Shown here one piece after another: positions 28,468 to 40,594 of a stretch of DNA of 64,000 nucleotides (its first letter is position 1; the number at the start of each line of letters is the position of its first letter). A model generated the notes under the pieces. It was not told the DNA's origin and did not search any database. It saw only the letters and a program-made list of their open reading frames with translations. The stretch is from Tubiluchus corallicola (lineage: Eukaryota; Animalia; Priapulida). Position numbers and translations under genes: made by a program. The DNA lies in contig JAQGDQ010000306.1 in assembly GCA_030141605.1 (NCBI GenBank), forward strand, positions 218,449 to 282,448, given 5' to 3'.

Positions 28468-28763
28468 GTTTGAATGAACAACAGAATAAATGATTCAGAT
28501 ATCTTTCTGGTTTAGTTATTTGACAAATCTGCCTAAATTATAAAGTTCTATCTTGGAAAACATTGGCAAAACCAGCATAGTGAGGCATTATTTTAGTATT
28601 AAAGGAAAACCAGATGTTTGAATGAACATCAGAATAAACGATTCAGATATCTTTCTGGTTTAGTTATTTGACAAATCTGCCTAAATTATAAAGTTCTATC
28701 TTAGAAAACATTGGCAAAACCAGCATAGTGAGGCACTATTTTAGTATTAAAGGAAAACCGGAT
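28468..28763. repeat. 148-bp direct tandem duplication (2 copies, a few substitutions)
   Basis: gtttgaatgaaca(a/t)cagaataaa(t/c)gattcagatatc... at 28468 and 28616. Confidence 0.92.
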
Positions 28764-29247
28764 GACTGATTAGACTCAATCTCATTTTAATTTACTGTCC
28801 AAAATATATATTTTCTTCCTATAAAATTAGCAACTGTTTCTAATATTTGAATAATTACCTTGGAAAGTTAATTAATTGTAACCAAAAACAGCTATCGCTT
28901 ACGTTACAAACTAACCACAGTCTATGCAATGGTAGGCATCTTCCCTGAGCATCAACCACATTTGCATAAGCAAAGATTGCTATAAGACGCTCTACATCAC
29001 ACTGACGTCACAGACAAACACTGCAGTTAATGATCGTGCTTGTCACGAAGCCGCCCATATTTGTCAGCCACGTGAATATTGCTAGTCTTAGTGGATTTGC
29101 TGAGCCATGAGTAGCTTTGAAAGCTTAACAAATTTTAACTATTACTTAATCTAAGCTTCAAATTAAAAAAAGCTGTTGTAGTAGTCAATATTTTAGCGCA
29201 AACTTTATTTTAAACTAATGTCTACACAATCGTCCGGTTTCCTTTAA
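28747..29247. mobile_element. TTAA-flanked non-autonomous DNA transposon (Kolobok-like)
   Basis: TTAA|aggaaaaccggatga ... tcgtccggtttcct|TTAA; imperfect TIR with AG termini and TTAA on both sides. Confidence 0.6.
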
Positions 29248-29461
29248 AGATTCAGACTCTTCAATAGCCGTATGCATGCCACACTATGTTACTGTTGCAG
29301 CCAAGTGAGACAATTCGTTGAATTTTCTAGCCTTGTTTTAGATCCAGATCTGGAGAATTGGATCGATTTCTGATCTGGATCCGGCAAATATGTATTCAGT
29401 GTGTTGGTGCACCACTATCCATTTGTATTAAATAATAGATCATCATAAATTACTTGCTTAC

Positions 29462-29554
29462 CTTCCGCTCAGATCTTATATCAACAAACACTGAATCTTC
29501 ATAAAGTGCTTTCAAATCTGCCTCAACCTCATTGAAGCTTACTGGACTTTTAGT
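29462..29554 (-). CDS. ATP6AP2: ATP6AP2 coding exon 4
   Basis: tttttatag|ACT; TKSPVSFNEVEADLKALYEDSVFVDIRSERK; AAG|gtaagc; phase 0/0 fits both neighbours. Confidence 0.85.
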
Positions 29555-31413
29555 CTATAAAAAGACATTCAAAAAGTCAGTTCAAAATACTCTAAATGGT
29601 CAGTGCCATCTGCTCAAGTAAGAGTAAAAAATAATAATGTTTACTGAAGTAACATACAGGGCCTGTAGCAAATACCATCTACATGCAAGGTCTATATTTA
29701 TATAATTACATATAAATGCTGATAAAACTTGTTGTGACTTATAGAGGTTGTTTGTAAGAATAGCTCAGCGTGGCACTATTCTTAGCTGATCTCAGCAAGT
29801 TCACAAAGTTCTAAGTTTAGTTTATTTTAGTCTGTTCAAACTTTATGTATTTCCGGAAAAGACTACTAGGGTGCAATAGAAATGTTGGATTTTCTAATAA
29901 AAAATTAATAAAATTTATTATATAGAGCACATATATTTTTACAATTACAGGTGCAAATCTTAATCAAAATGATGAGTCCCATATATAAATCACATTGAAA
30001 TTACCTCAGGTTAAAACAGTTCACATTTTACGATGACAATAATTTATGAAGATATTTTTTAATAATTTAAAATATGATGTAGCTGATGAAACAAGTGTAT
30101 CTATATATCTGGATGCTATAACTTTCGATACCATATAGCCACGATGATCAGAATAAGGGATTTTGAAAGCAAAGTGGATTGTTGTTTTATTAAGTTTGAT
30201 TAAGTAATTACTACAAGCTCGTTTCTTGCAGTCGTACAATTGTTTCAAAATCAATATTTAAGGCTTTACTGACCCTTTTTCTGATTTTTTAATGCCTTTA
30301 CTTTCTTCAACTGATAATTTATAATGAAATAACTGGAAGTAGCAGTTATACTCTAAAATCCTCAGAATACTTGGTTAAATAATAACTAGTGCAAAATGAC
30401 ATCTACAGGTACTTGGTAAACAACAGTTGATTATATTTCCTCATATAATTTTAAATATGTTCTGAGAATTTCAAATCATCCTGAACTATAACACCTAAGA
30501 GCTTAAGAAGAAAGCTTTTGCACAAAAGCTCAACTAACACTTATACTCTCTAAAGTTATATGTGTATCAACTGTGAAATCAAACAGATTGTTAGTTCTCT
30601 GTTAGTTCATCTAGATCCTCTTTTGGATGATCCAGATCTATCAATAAGCATAAATTTTAAGCACAAAATGAATAGATTGGTCATAGTGAACACTTCACAA
30701 GTGTGAATCAAAGACTATCTCAACACTTTTCCAGTTGCATCTCTTAGGCCAACAACAGAAATACTTCTGTCTCCGTCTAATCGCCCGTGTAATATTTTTT
30801 ATCGCACACCCTGCCAGGAATTTTATAATTTTTTGGATGTTTACACACTTACTTGACGCAGTCAATATAAAAGCGCATTTTTTATTTAGGACACAGCCAC
30901 GTTTTTCCACGGCTAACCTTCGACCAGGGTTGCTGTTTTGTATGATGCTCATAGTACTGGAGGCTAAAGAGTATCAAACTTTCCGACAAATCGGTGTACT
31001 AATGGCCTAGTAGTGTTGCCGCTTATACCACAATTATCAGAACATATTGCGTTCATGATACAAAGAAGAGACTATACAATAATAGAAAATTATATAATAA
31101 TCTAGTGATGCAAAATTAAAAAAACAAAGCATGAAAAAAATGTGCATTCAAAAAATTTAAAACATTACTGCTAACCAGTAGGAAATAAACAAACTTTGAT
31201 TTCAACTGATTTTAAATATTTCACGATTCAGCTTTAAACATTCACAAATCTTCAAAGAAAATTTTTTGAAAAAAAATGTCTTCCCTACTGACATCTTTTG
31301 GGCTCATGAGGTAAGACAGAAACGAATTTTTTTGTGGCCGGGCTAAACATTAGCCTTCGCACTGTATATTTACTTCAAAGCAAATATTACTAAAAAATCT
31401 AATTTTAAAATAC

Positions 31414-31545
31414 CTTTGTAATAGGAAAGGATGGTGCATTGAGGTCCAGATGCAAATCATCTATAAAATTATCTAATAAAAGGATTAGATTAGCTTCTGG
31501 TCTATGAAAGGGACTGCCAGCTATCAAACCATTCCAATGCATTTC
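31414..31545 (-). CDS. ATP6AP2: ATP6AP2 coding exon 3
   Basis: tatag|GAA; EMHWNGLIAGSPFHRPEANLILLL (cf. human [21 protein letters not shown]); AAG|gtattt. Confidence 0.92.
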
Positions 31546-31750
31546 CTATACAAATAAAAAATATATTAATAAACCTATATAAAGCACAATTTAAACCTGC
31601 TCAAATAAAAGATAACAAATGCATAATGTTATTATTATCATTATTTTTTGAACTACAATTGATATGATTAACAGAATGTTGGAGAAGAAACTTCAAGATA
31701 TTCCATACGCGAGTTTGTTTCAAACTAATTTATGGTAAATCAATACTTAC

Positions 31751-31902
31751 CTTCTCATACAAGCTAAGGCCTAAAACTGAAGAACTCAGCAAAGGCAGAT
31801 GAGATAATGAAAGATCAGTAGCTTGTTGATTCACCCGCATGTGCTTTGGGAAATGAACTATATATAAACTCTCATGAGCTTCTACAGACATACATAACAA
31901 AC
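31751..31902 (-). CDS. ATP6AP2: ATP6AP2 coding exon 2
   Basis: ttccttag|GT (phase 1); LLCMSVEAHESLYIVHFPKHMRV...LPLLSSSVLGLSLYEK; AAG|gtaagt. Confidence 0.85.
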
Positions 31903-33113
31903 CTAAGGAAAATAAGACAATTTTTGTATCGAGAATTCCGTATTAATTATATAAATCCACTGATAGGACGGGTGCCAAAAGGTTAGTCTTAAATTTTCAC
32001 AGTTTTTTTATTCTGATAAATGTTGTCATTAATGTTATATTACATAAGATTTAAGAGTGTTTAAAAATTAATAATAAGAATAAAAAATCTAAAAGAGGTG
32101 GTACTGTACAACCTTAATAATGAATCACAAATCTTGAGATTATTGCCAGGCTAATGGCTAATGTATGATTTCATGAGGCAGCCCACATATCACACATGGG
32201 AGTGTAGCTTTGAGTGCCCATTATATATGCAATCAATTCACTACCCGAGCTTTGGGTTTATGTGCACTTAATTTTAGTCATTAATTCATTCTGTCAATTA
32301 TTATTATGCCTTATATGAGATATTTATTTTCTTTCACAATTTGCATCTTACATTACCATTTCAATTTATTATTCTTAATGCAAGTTTATTTGATCACCAT
32401 TACTTTCTGTTACTTTATACTTATCCAGTTTTGACAGTTTTTTGTTAGGTTTTTAAGCTGTTTGTTTAACTTGCAAAGGATGCCTGTTGCTTTTATTTTT
32501 TATTTTAATATTTTTTGGCATTTAAAACTGGTTTGATTTGTTTGCTTCTTTTCATTATCATATCTTTTCAGTATGACAGTCATTTGAAATAGTCTATCTA
32601 TCAATCACTGACTAGAAGAATTTCTTAAAGGAAGAACACTCGAACAACATTTATTGCATTTTAATATACAATTAAAAATATTGAAATCACCACACAATAT
32701 ATGCACATAGAATGCTTTGTTTAAAAATGTACAAGAAATTTAAATATTTTTTATCTCCCGCCAAACGAACATCGCTCCCAGCATATTTAAAAAAAATGAT
32801 GTAAGTTGGTGTATGTTTGGCATCGTGAATGCTGTGAAGGCAAGCTCTGTTAAGGTACGCATTGAAAAATTTCTACAGTTCACTCAGAAGTTTAGTTATT
32901 CTAGCGTTCTATTTAATTGAGTTTATGTACAAATTAGTCAGTTATCATTTGATCAATTATGACCAAGGTTAAAGTGGGCACATAGCTTTGACCCATAGGA
33001 TTATACCGTAAAATATATAAGTAGTGTACATTAATTGCATAAATGTAATTAATTTACAGACTTTTGTTAACTTTCAGTTACACATGTAAACAAGCGAGCA
33101 CACATGTAAAGTA

Positions 33114-35018
33114 AGTCGTGCATATCTTGCAGATAGCGGCCCAAACTTAACAGATGATTTCAGTCACATCTTTAGTATCTCTGCAGAAGAAGTCGTTAGC
33201 ACATCGAACATCAATCCAAAGCGATTGGAAGAAGTGAAAAGAGAAACAGTCACAGATGAAGCACTGCAAGAATTAAAGCGAGTAATTACTTCACCCGAAG
33301 GATGGCCTGAACACAGATTACAAGTTAGTCCTTTTGTAAGGCCATATTTTGACTTCCAAGAAGAGCTCAGCTACATAGATGGAATCATCTTTAAAGGTGA
33401 AAGAGTGGTTGTGCCAAAATCAATGCAGAGACAAACGCTAGATATAATTCATGAAAGCCACCTAGGTATGGTTAAATGTAAACAACTAGCATGAGATATT
33501 GTTTATTGGCCAGGTATCAACAAACAGATAGAAGATATTGTATCAAAATGTGCAACATGTCAAGCACACAGAATGAAGCAACAAAAAGAGCCACTAATGC
33601 CATTAGAAATTCCAGAAGGTCCTTGGATACATGTAGCATCTGATCTGTTTGACTGCTTAGGTTACAAGTGGTTAATTTGTACTGACTACTACAGTGAATT
33701 TTTTGAGATTGAGAAATTAGAACGAGATTCTAAAGCATCTACGGTCATAAGACAGCTCAAAAATAGTTTTGTACTCACGGCATACCGAAAAGAGTAACAA
33801 CCGACAATGGTCCTCCATTCAATAGCAATGAGTTTGCTGAATTTGCACATCAATTTGCCTTTGATCATAGCCGCATATCACCAAGACACTCACAAGCTAA
33901 TAGATTAGTAGAGAAATCAGTTGGTATAGCCAAGAACATACTTATTAAATGCTACAAATCTAGAAAAGATTCGTACTTAGCGCTACTTAATCACAGAAAT
34001 ACACCAAGAGATGACGTAACTGGATCAACGGCGCAAAGAATATTCAACAGAAGAACACGAACGAAATTACCAACGAATCCAACACTGTTAAGACCGAAAA
34101 TACAACAGCCAGAACATGCACAAGAAAAGCTACATGAATACAGACAGAAGGCAAAACACTATTTTGACAGAGGGTCGAGAACTCTTAGTCCATTAAAACA
34201 TGGAGATACAGTTCGAGTTAGACATGAAGACAAATGGCAGCCAGCACTTTTATTACCTCCAGATAGGCAACCTCTTCAACCACGTTCATACAATGTACTT
34301 ACTCCATCAGGTAGAGTCTGGAGAAGAAACAGACGTGATTTGTTGAAGACCAAAGAAACAGATATATTTGAACAAGAAAATTACCTAGAAGATGAATGTC
34401 ATGATATAGTAACAGAACAGCCTCTAATTCAAACACGCTGTCAACACCAGAAACACAACCTACCACGTCCTCAAATTTCAGCACAAAAAATGCCAGTATT
34501 TACCAGGTCTGGAAGACTCTCAAAGCCTCCTAGTACTCTTATTGACTATGTTAAGTAGTTGTAAAAATAATAAGTGTTACTTCCCTGCATTATAATTAGT
34601 TAACTTAAAATGTTTTGTGCTAAGCGCAAAAAAAGTTTCTATTACTTTTAGTTTCTAGAACTTAATTCATTTTTAACTGTAATGAAAGTCATTTTGTAAT
34701 ATAAAGTTCAACGTTCAATTTGAATTTTGTAAAGTTTCCAATAGTCAAAAGAGTTAAAATTTGTGTGCTGAAACTACATAGATAAGAAAAGTGGCAAAGT
34801 CAATTTCACAGTTTCGTTAACTTTAAGGTTGTTTACTATTGCTGTTAACAATGCCATGTTATTGCTTACTTATGTTTTTTTTGTTCAAAAGAAAGGAGAT
34901 GTTATGTATTAATGCGTCAGAACGCATTGTAAAAAAAGTAGTTCGGTAACATGTATAATGGTGTACTGTATTTCGTTATTTCTACTAGATAGAAATCCAG
35001 GTACATCAACATAAAACA
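33114..35018 (+). mobile_element. 5'-truncated Ty3/Gypsy LTR retrotransposon remnant (RNase H end, integrase, PPT, short 3' LTR), antisense in ATP6AP2 intron 1
   Basis: SRAYL, then zinc finger HESHLG...SKCATC, then DDE core ASDLF / TDNGPPF / LVEKSV. In-frame TGA at 33492-33494 and a frameshift near 33760. Polypurine tract aaaagaaaggaga (34887-34899) is directly followed by TGTTATGT...ACATAAAACA (34900-35018). Confidence 0.92.
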
Positions 35019-36394
35019 GCTACTACAGACGCAATGATACAAATCAGTCAGTTCCAATAATAGTATTAACAATTTTTTTAACAGAAAGACTTAGGTGTTT
35101 TAATAATTGATCATGTTTGATGAATACGTTGATGAAATATCCAAACCAGCTAGGAAGCGATTATGGGATGATAAAGCACTCCTTCACCTATATGGACACT
35201 AATATGATGGCTATTTCATGCAAAAAATTCAAAAAACCAATACTGGACTACGCAAGGTAGAATTTATTCAATGGAAAATCAACAAATTGGTGCCATCAAT
35301 TAAACATCTATCATATGCAGGGACTGAACTTACCATCCCTCCATTTCACAAGAAAAAGAAGTGACCAAATGGTCCTGTATCATATATATAAAAGCAGAAT
35401 ATTTTCCAACTGATCCATGTGAAGCGGGATACAAAATCACAAAGCCCAGATGTAGAGATAAGAACAGATTTATTTTCAGAGTGATAAATGATTGGAATTT
35501 CCTCACTACATCGACATGGAGCACCACATCAGCAGAAATACTGGGAAGACCATCCAATGAACTTCCATGATCAGTTCTGGCCTGAGTGGTAAATGTCTTA
35601 TAAAAATCTAATCCTTCTGCAACCACCAATTCAGGTTTTCACAAACCCACACTTTTTGCCATGCCACCACTGACCTTCCTCGCCATACCATGATAACTGC
35701 CACTGGGCGGCACTTCCAGTACAGAGACAACTTTTGAGAGAAAACATAAATATAAAATGCAAAATAAAACGATTAACAGAGGTTTGACAAGAGAGACAAC
35801 TATGGGCAATAAACCTGCATACAGACTTTGCCTTGTCGATCTACGGTAAATTTGTTTTGTCCCCAGGTTAATTTGTCACTAAAGACAGTTCTTCTAAGAA
35901 CAATAACTAGAAGGATGGGTGATTCGTTAAAGGGTACGGTTTTTCCACTATCCTTTCTCTAAATGAATACATTTTTGTTTATGTACTTGATATTTAGTGT
36001 GTATAATTATAAGAAATAAATAAATTTAATATCTAAGGAACAGCTAATGTTTACTCAAGAAGCACATATGTCACGTGTCATCTGGCAAGCACATTAATAG
36101 TTCGATGAACGTCAACGCAGTCCTGAGTAAGCACTAAGTACCTGCACTACGTTATTCACCATCCTTCCCCGAAAAAGCCACCACAAAATACTTTCAAAAT
36201 TACTAAAATGAAGCTTGGTGAGTGGAACAATTAAAATTTGACTTATTACGTTTAAAAAAGCCCAGAAAATAAATTATCATCATCACACACAACAACATAC
36301 CTTACAAAAACCGGTATTAAAAGTAAATGAATTAACGTCTACCCTGCTAGCCAACTTAATAATTATTAGAGTACACACTGCCATAAAGACTTAC

Positions 36395-36455
36395 CTGTAA
36401 ACCAAATTAAATAGAAAACAAATGATCGAAATAGAAAACCCACTGAATTATCCAT
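36395..36455 (-). CDS. ATP6AP2: ATP6AP2 coding exon 1 (signal peptide)
   Basis: MDNSVGFLFRSFVFYLIWFT+G, hydrophobic; donor CAG|gtaagt phase 1 matches exon 2. The eight exons sum to 1131 nt = 376 aa + stop. Confidence 0.8.
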
Positions 36456-37615
36456 GTTCACTTTACGAAGAAGAATTAATTTTTCTCTACAGAAGTATTA
36501 ACTGCAAAGCAAATGCAAGTGCAATAAATTAGTCTTTGTGAGATTTGAAAAAGTGTCAAAAATTTTCATATCGTTGTTTTTCAATTCGATCCAATTTTAT
36601 TTTATTGCACAAATCAATAGTGTATAATAGCAAAAAATTAAAATCACAAAAAATTGAAGTACAAGAACAATTGCAAAATAAAACAAATCCAATTATGCAA
36701 GAATGCAATTATGCAGTTATCCAATGGAATGCAATTATGCAAGAACAATTTCAAAATATAACAAATACAATTATGCAATGCTGCAAAAACATGAGTTTTA
36801 CAATTTACTTAAATTGCCTACTTAAATCTAGTAAGAAATTGTGTGCTCTTATGAAATAATATTTTATGCTACAACTACAATGAACTAGTAAAAACACAAA
36901 ACCTACCTAAATAATTAAAATAATTACAAACGAGATTAAATTATACAATCACACTACAATGTTTATCAAGCACTCACAGATTACCACCAAGATATAACTG
37001 CCTTTTTTATCACATTCATTTAAGTATATTTCCGACAAGTTGTTCAGTGTTTGACGATGACTGACGGGAAACCACATCAACAACTTCAAACAAATAACAA
37101 ACCCACCTATTTTGCTAATTTTAGCGAAATTACTCAAACTAACTGTAGCTTGTTTATTATCTGACCAGGCACATACACCATTGCCAGAGAGTTGTATGTC
37201 TTTGTTATAGTGTTGTCATAGAGGCAGTTATAAATTTCACCAACCCAGACAATGATTATGTGCGTTACTCTACTAATTCAATAACAAAATAAATTAAGCA
37301 CAGATATCAATAGTTTAAAAAAATAATTATCAGATTATCATGTTATGTTAAATATGTTAAACACATGTTAAATATGTTATGTTAAATAATAATTATGTTA
37401 AAAAATGTTTGAAATACCTACAATAGAAATATTATCAAGAAACGTGAAAAATATAATTATTTACAGAACTGGCATTATTTTAGCTAATTTGAACAGAGAA
37501 ATCATGTCATCTTTTTTGGTTTCTCATTCATTATATAAACCACGCATTTGGGCAATAAATTGAACAATAAAATTGCTTTTTTACAAAGAATTGACTTGTT
37601 TTGTCTAATGATCTT

Positions 37616-38030
37616 TAGGGGTGAGCATTCTCTACCAAAAAGCGAATTCGAATCGAACCGAATTTGTGACTTTCGAATTCGAATCGAACCGAACTTCAGT
37701 GTTTCGAATTCGAACCGAATTCGAATTGAGATCGAAAGATTTTCGACCAAGTTTTCGAACCACCAGCAAAAATTAGTCTTACAAAGATCATGCATATCAC
37801 TAGATTTTGTTCTGCAATAAAACGACTAGTAATTTCTTTAAAATTGTGTGCAGAAATCAAAGCTAAATTATGCTAATATGCTAATTGCATGATGTTTCAA
37901 TCGTTTTAGTGATAAAGAACATGCGTGATTGAAGTGCTGAATTATTCGAATTTATAGTTTTGGATTCGAATCGAGTTCGAACTAAAAAAACTCGTTCGAA
38001 TCGAACTCGAACGTTCGATGCTCACCCCTA
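37616..38030 (+). mobile_element. hAT-family MITE, copy A (415 bp)
   Basis: TIR TAGGGGTGAGCAT...ATGCTCACCCCTA; perfect 8-bp TSD ATGATCTT (37608-37615, 38031-38038); subterminal CGAA arrays. Confidence 0.93.
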
Positions 38031-38839
38031 ATGATCTTATTACAAAATCATAGTAACAATAGTTTGTATCTGAACATTTGAAATATCTGCTTCCAGGCTA
38101 TTGACTCAATCTAAATGTCACACCATAACTGTATTCTCACTAATCAGGCACATAATTTAGCTTTTTTCCACGATTTTGCAGATCATAATGATTTTGTGAT
38201 ATCAGTATCAGTTTTTTGTCGATTATCCATTTTCTGAACCCTTGCCAGTGAACTAGTTCAAGACTATTTGCTGAAATGCGGATTTTTTGCGCTTTTTGTT
38301 TTAATATGTGAGTAAGTAATAAGTGTCACATAATTATTGTAAGGCAATATTCCAGAATTTGTCATACATACGAGGTGTAGGTAAGAATTACAAAGTTTTA
38401 AAAATGTCAGTGATAAAACGCATCAATAGAAGGCCATTAACAAACTACACTATGGCAATATAACGGATTGATAAGCTCCCAAAAGTATGTTTGCATTACA
38501 TAACACAGAAGAAACCATTATACTCGTGCATTTCCATTATGCTCAACACATCACACTTACCAACTGCCAGTTACAGAGCAGCAAGCTACCAGACCACATT
38601 TCCCAAATTATTCATGATTACTCGGAATTTTGAAAGTTAAAAAGCTTTGTGTCATGAGCAATTAAATTTTGACTGGTGGTTTATGCATCATTATCATCAT
38701 CAGCATGATGCAATGTTGGTATACTATTGCTATACTGACATATACTGTACTATACGGAGTAAAAGTTGCATGCATGTACGTACGTGCTATACTGTGACAC
38801 CTGTGTGCACGTTCCAAAAACTCTTTAGTTCCAAACTGC

Positions 38840-39190
38840 CATAGAAACTCTTTACTGCTATGATATTACAGTTTCTGTTCTATGTTGAAGACGTTACACA
38901 ATGAAACAAAGCTGTTATTAGATTAGTCGTGCTGCTGGGTGTTAGTGTTTTTTTTTAGTTCTTTATTTTACTTCTGCATAAAAATTCTTCAGATTTAGGT
39001 TGAGGTCTGCTGGCTCTGTTGTTGTTAACTAAGTCAATACTGATGTTTCTTTTTTGTCTACTCAAACAACTTTCTCTTAGCCCATGATCCCAGTATGTAG
39101 TTTTTTATGGTTGTTGCTGTTGTTGTTCGTCACCTACTCTGCTGAATCATGTTGTCAATTTCGTCATCATTTTTAGATGTCACCCATTTA
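38840..39190 (-). pseudogene. Decayed Crypton/DUF3504-type (tyrosine-recombinase transposon) N-terminal fragment
   Basis: Across frameshifts and stops: NDDEIDNMIQQS...KTTYW...KLFE*..RNISIDL..TEPADLNLNLKNFYAEVK*...LTPSSTTNLITALFHCVTSST*NRNCNII. This follows the Crypton/ZMYM/KCTD1-like pattern LnxxLxxFYaEvr...pSSl..ir.al.r. Confidence 0.6.
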
Positions 39191-39720
39191 CCATTAATTT
39201 TGTTTTGTTATTAATGCCATTAGAATGCCTGACCTTCAAATGCTGCTATTCTGTTGCTTTTCAGCTGCATTAATTGTCTTTTGTAAAACTCATTAAATTC
39301 ATTAAGATGCATTGCTAATGATAACAGGCTATTAACTTCACTATTGATAACAAGCCATTAATAACACTAACACCAGACCTGTTATTTGTGATAAAGTATT
39401 CGAAAGAATTTGGTCTGTAAAGTGCCATCACCAAACTTGTATTATGAATCTTTGTTAATAATTGACGTGTACAGTATACTTACAACAGTTGAGTGTAAAA
39501 CAATCATTGTAGGCAACACTGGCAATGATGTGCGCTGTGGAACATCAAGGGTTGACTTCTCAAAATGGTCATCAAGTTAACGACGTGGTTATTACAATCA
39601 CTAAACCATTACACTCATAATTAATAAAGGCATCACTAGCTTTGTACTGGCTTTGCGAAAGTGAGTACAGGGAATCACAGCTCTGAAGTCTGAACTGTGC
39701 GAGAAAGTATGGGTTAGTGG

Positions 39721-40161
39721 TAGGGGTGAGCATCGAACGTTCGAGTTCGAACATTCGAATCGAATTCTAACGCTCGAATTTGATTCGAACGATTTTTTTT
39801 TAGTTCGAAATCGATTCAAATCCAAAACTATAGATTCGAATAATTCAGCACTTCAATCACATATGTTCCTGATCATTAAAACGATTGAAGCATCATACAA
39901 TTAACATAATTTCGTTGTTATTTCTGCGCACAACTTTAAGCAAATTACTAGTCGTTTTATTGCAGATCAAAATCTAGTGATATACATGATCTTTGTAAGA
40001 CTAATTTTTACTGGTGGTTCGAAAACTAGTTCGAAAATTGTTCAATCTCAATTCGAATTCAGTTCGAATTCGAAACACTGAAGTTCGGTTCGATTCGAAT
40101 TCGGAAGTCACAAATTCGGTTCGATTCGAGTTCGCTTTCTGGTAGAGAATGCTCACCGCTA
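39721..40161 (-). mobile_element. hAT-family MITE, copy B (441 bp), inverted relative to copy A
   Basis: TIR TAGGGGTGAGCAT...ATGCTCACCGCTA; perfect 8-bp TSD GTTAGTGG (39713-39720, 40162-40169); body is the reverse complement of 37616-38030 with substitutions and an indel. Confidence 0.93.
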
Positions 40162-40357
40162 GTTAGTGGACCCGAGGACAACATTAATGTCCAAGTCGTA
40201 GCAAGTAATCGGGCGCTATGTAGTTATCATACAAAACAATCAGTTACTGTTTCAAGTTCAATCTTTTTAAAATTGCAGTTTCTCTTCGGCTTCTTGGCAG
40301 CCGATTCTAACAGAAATTCTTAAATTTTAACAACTTTATTGACAACTTTTTTAAAGT

Positions 40358-40594
40358 ATGGCTTCAAAGGACAAAGAAAAAAAGGATAGTTCGAGCATGG
40401 CAGCTAGTAGGGTGCGCCAAAATTATCACCCAGAATGTGAAGCAGCGGTTAACAAGCAAATTATGGTAGAATTATACTCGAGCTACGTATACCAAAGCAT
40501 GCAATATTACTTCGAACGGGAAGACATCGCATTACCTGGCTTTGCAAAGTTTTTTAAAGATAGTTCTGCTGAGGAAAGGACACATGCAGAAAAG
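40358..40594 (+). CDS. Ferritin (H-type/soma ferritin) paralog 1, exon 1
   Basis: [32 protein letters not shown]...[10 protein letters not shown]; donor AAG|gttatt. Confidence 0.93.

Larger units (their letters stand above)
28244..29417. mobile_element. Probable old hAT-like non-autonomous element containing nested repeats
   Basis: Termini TAGGGGTGCATCA / TAGTGGTGCACCA (reverse complement) with subterminal GATCC(A/G)G motifs at both ends; TSD not convincingly preserved. Confidence 0.5.

Noticed and set aside
37616-38030. CGAA/TTCG arrays in the MITEs as heat-shock elements or a CRISPR-like array
   Set aside because: Spacing does not fit alternating nGAAn units and there are no unique spacers; these are typical hAT subterminal repeats.
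38235-38260. CAGTGA loop with flanking partial stem as an IRE
   Set aside because: Upper stem has two mismatches out of five, and it lies 2.1 kb from the ferritin ATG with no evidence of being exonic.
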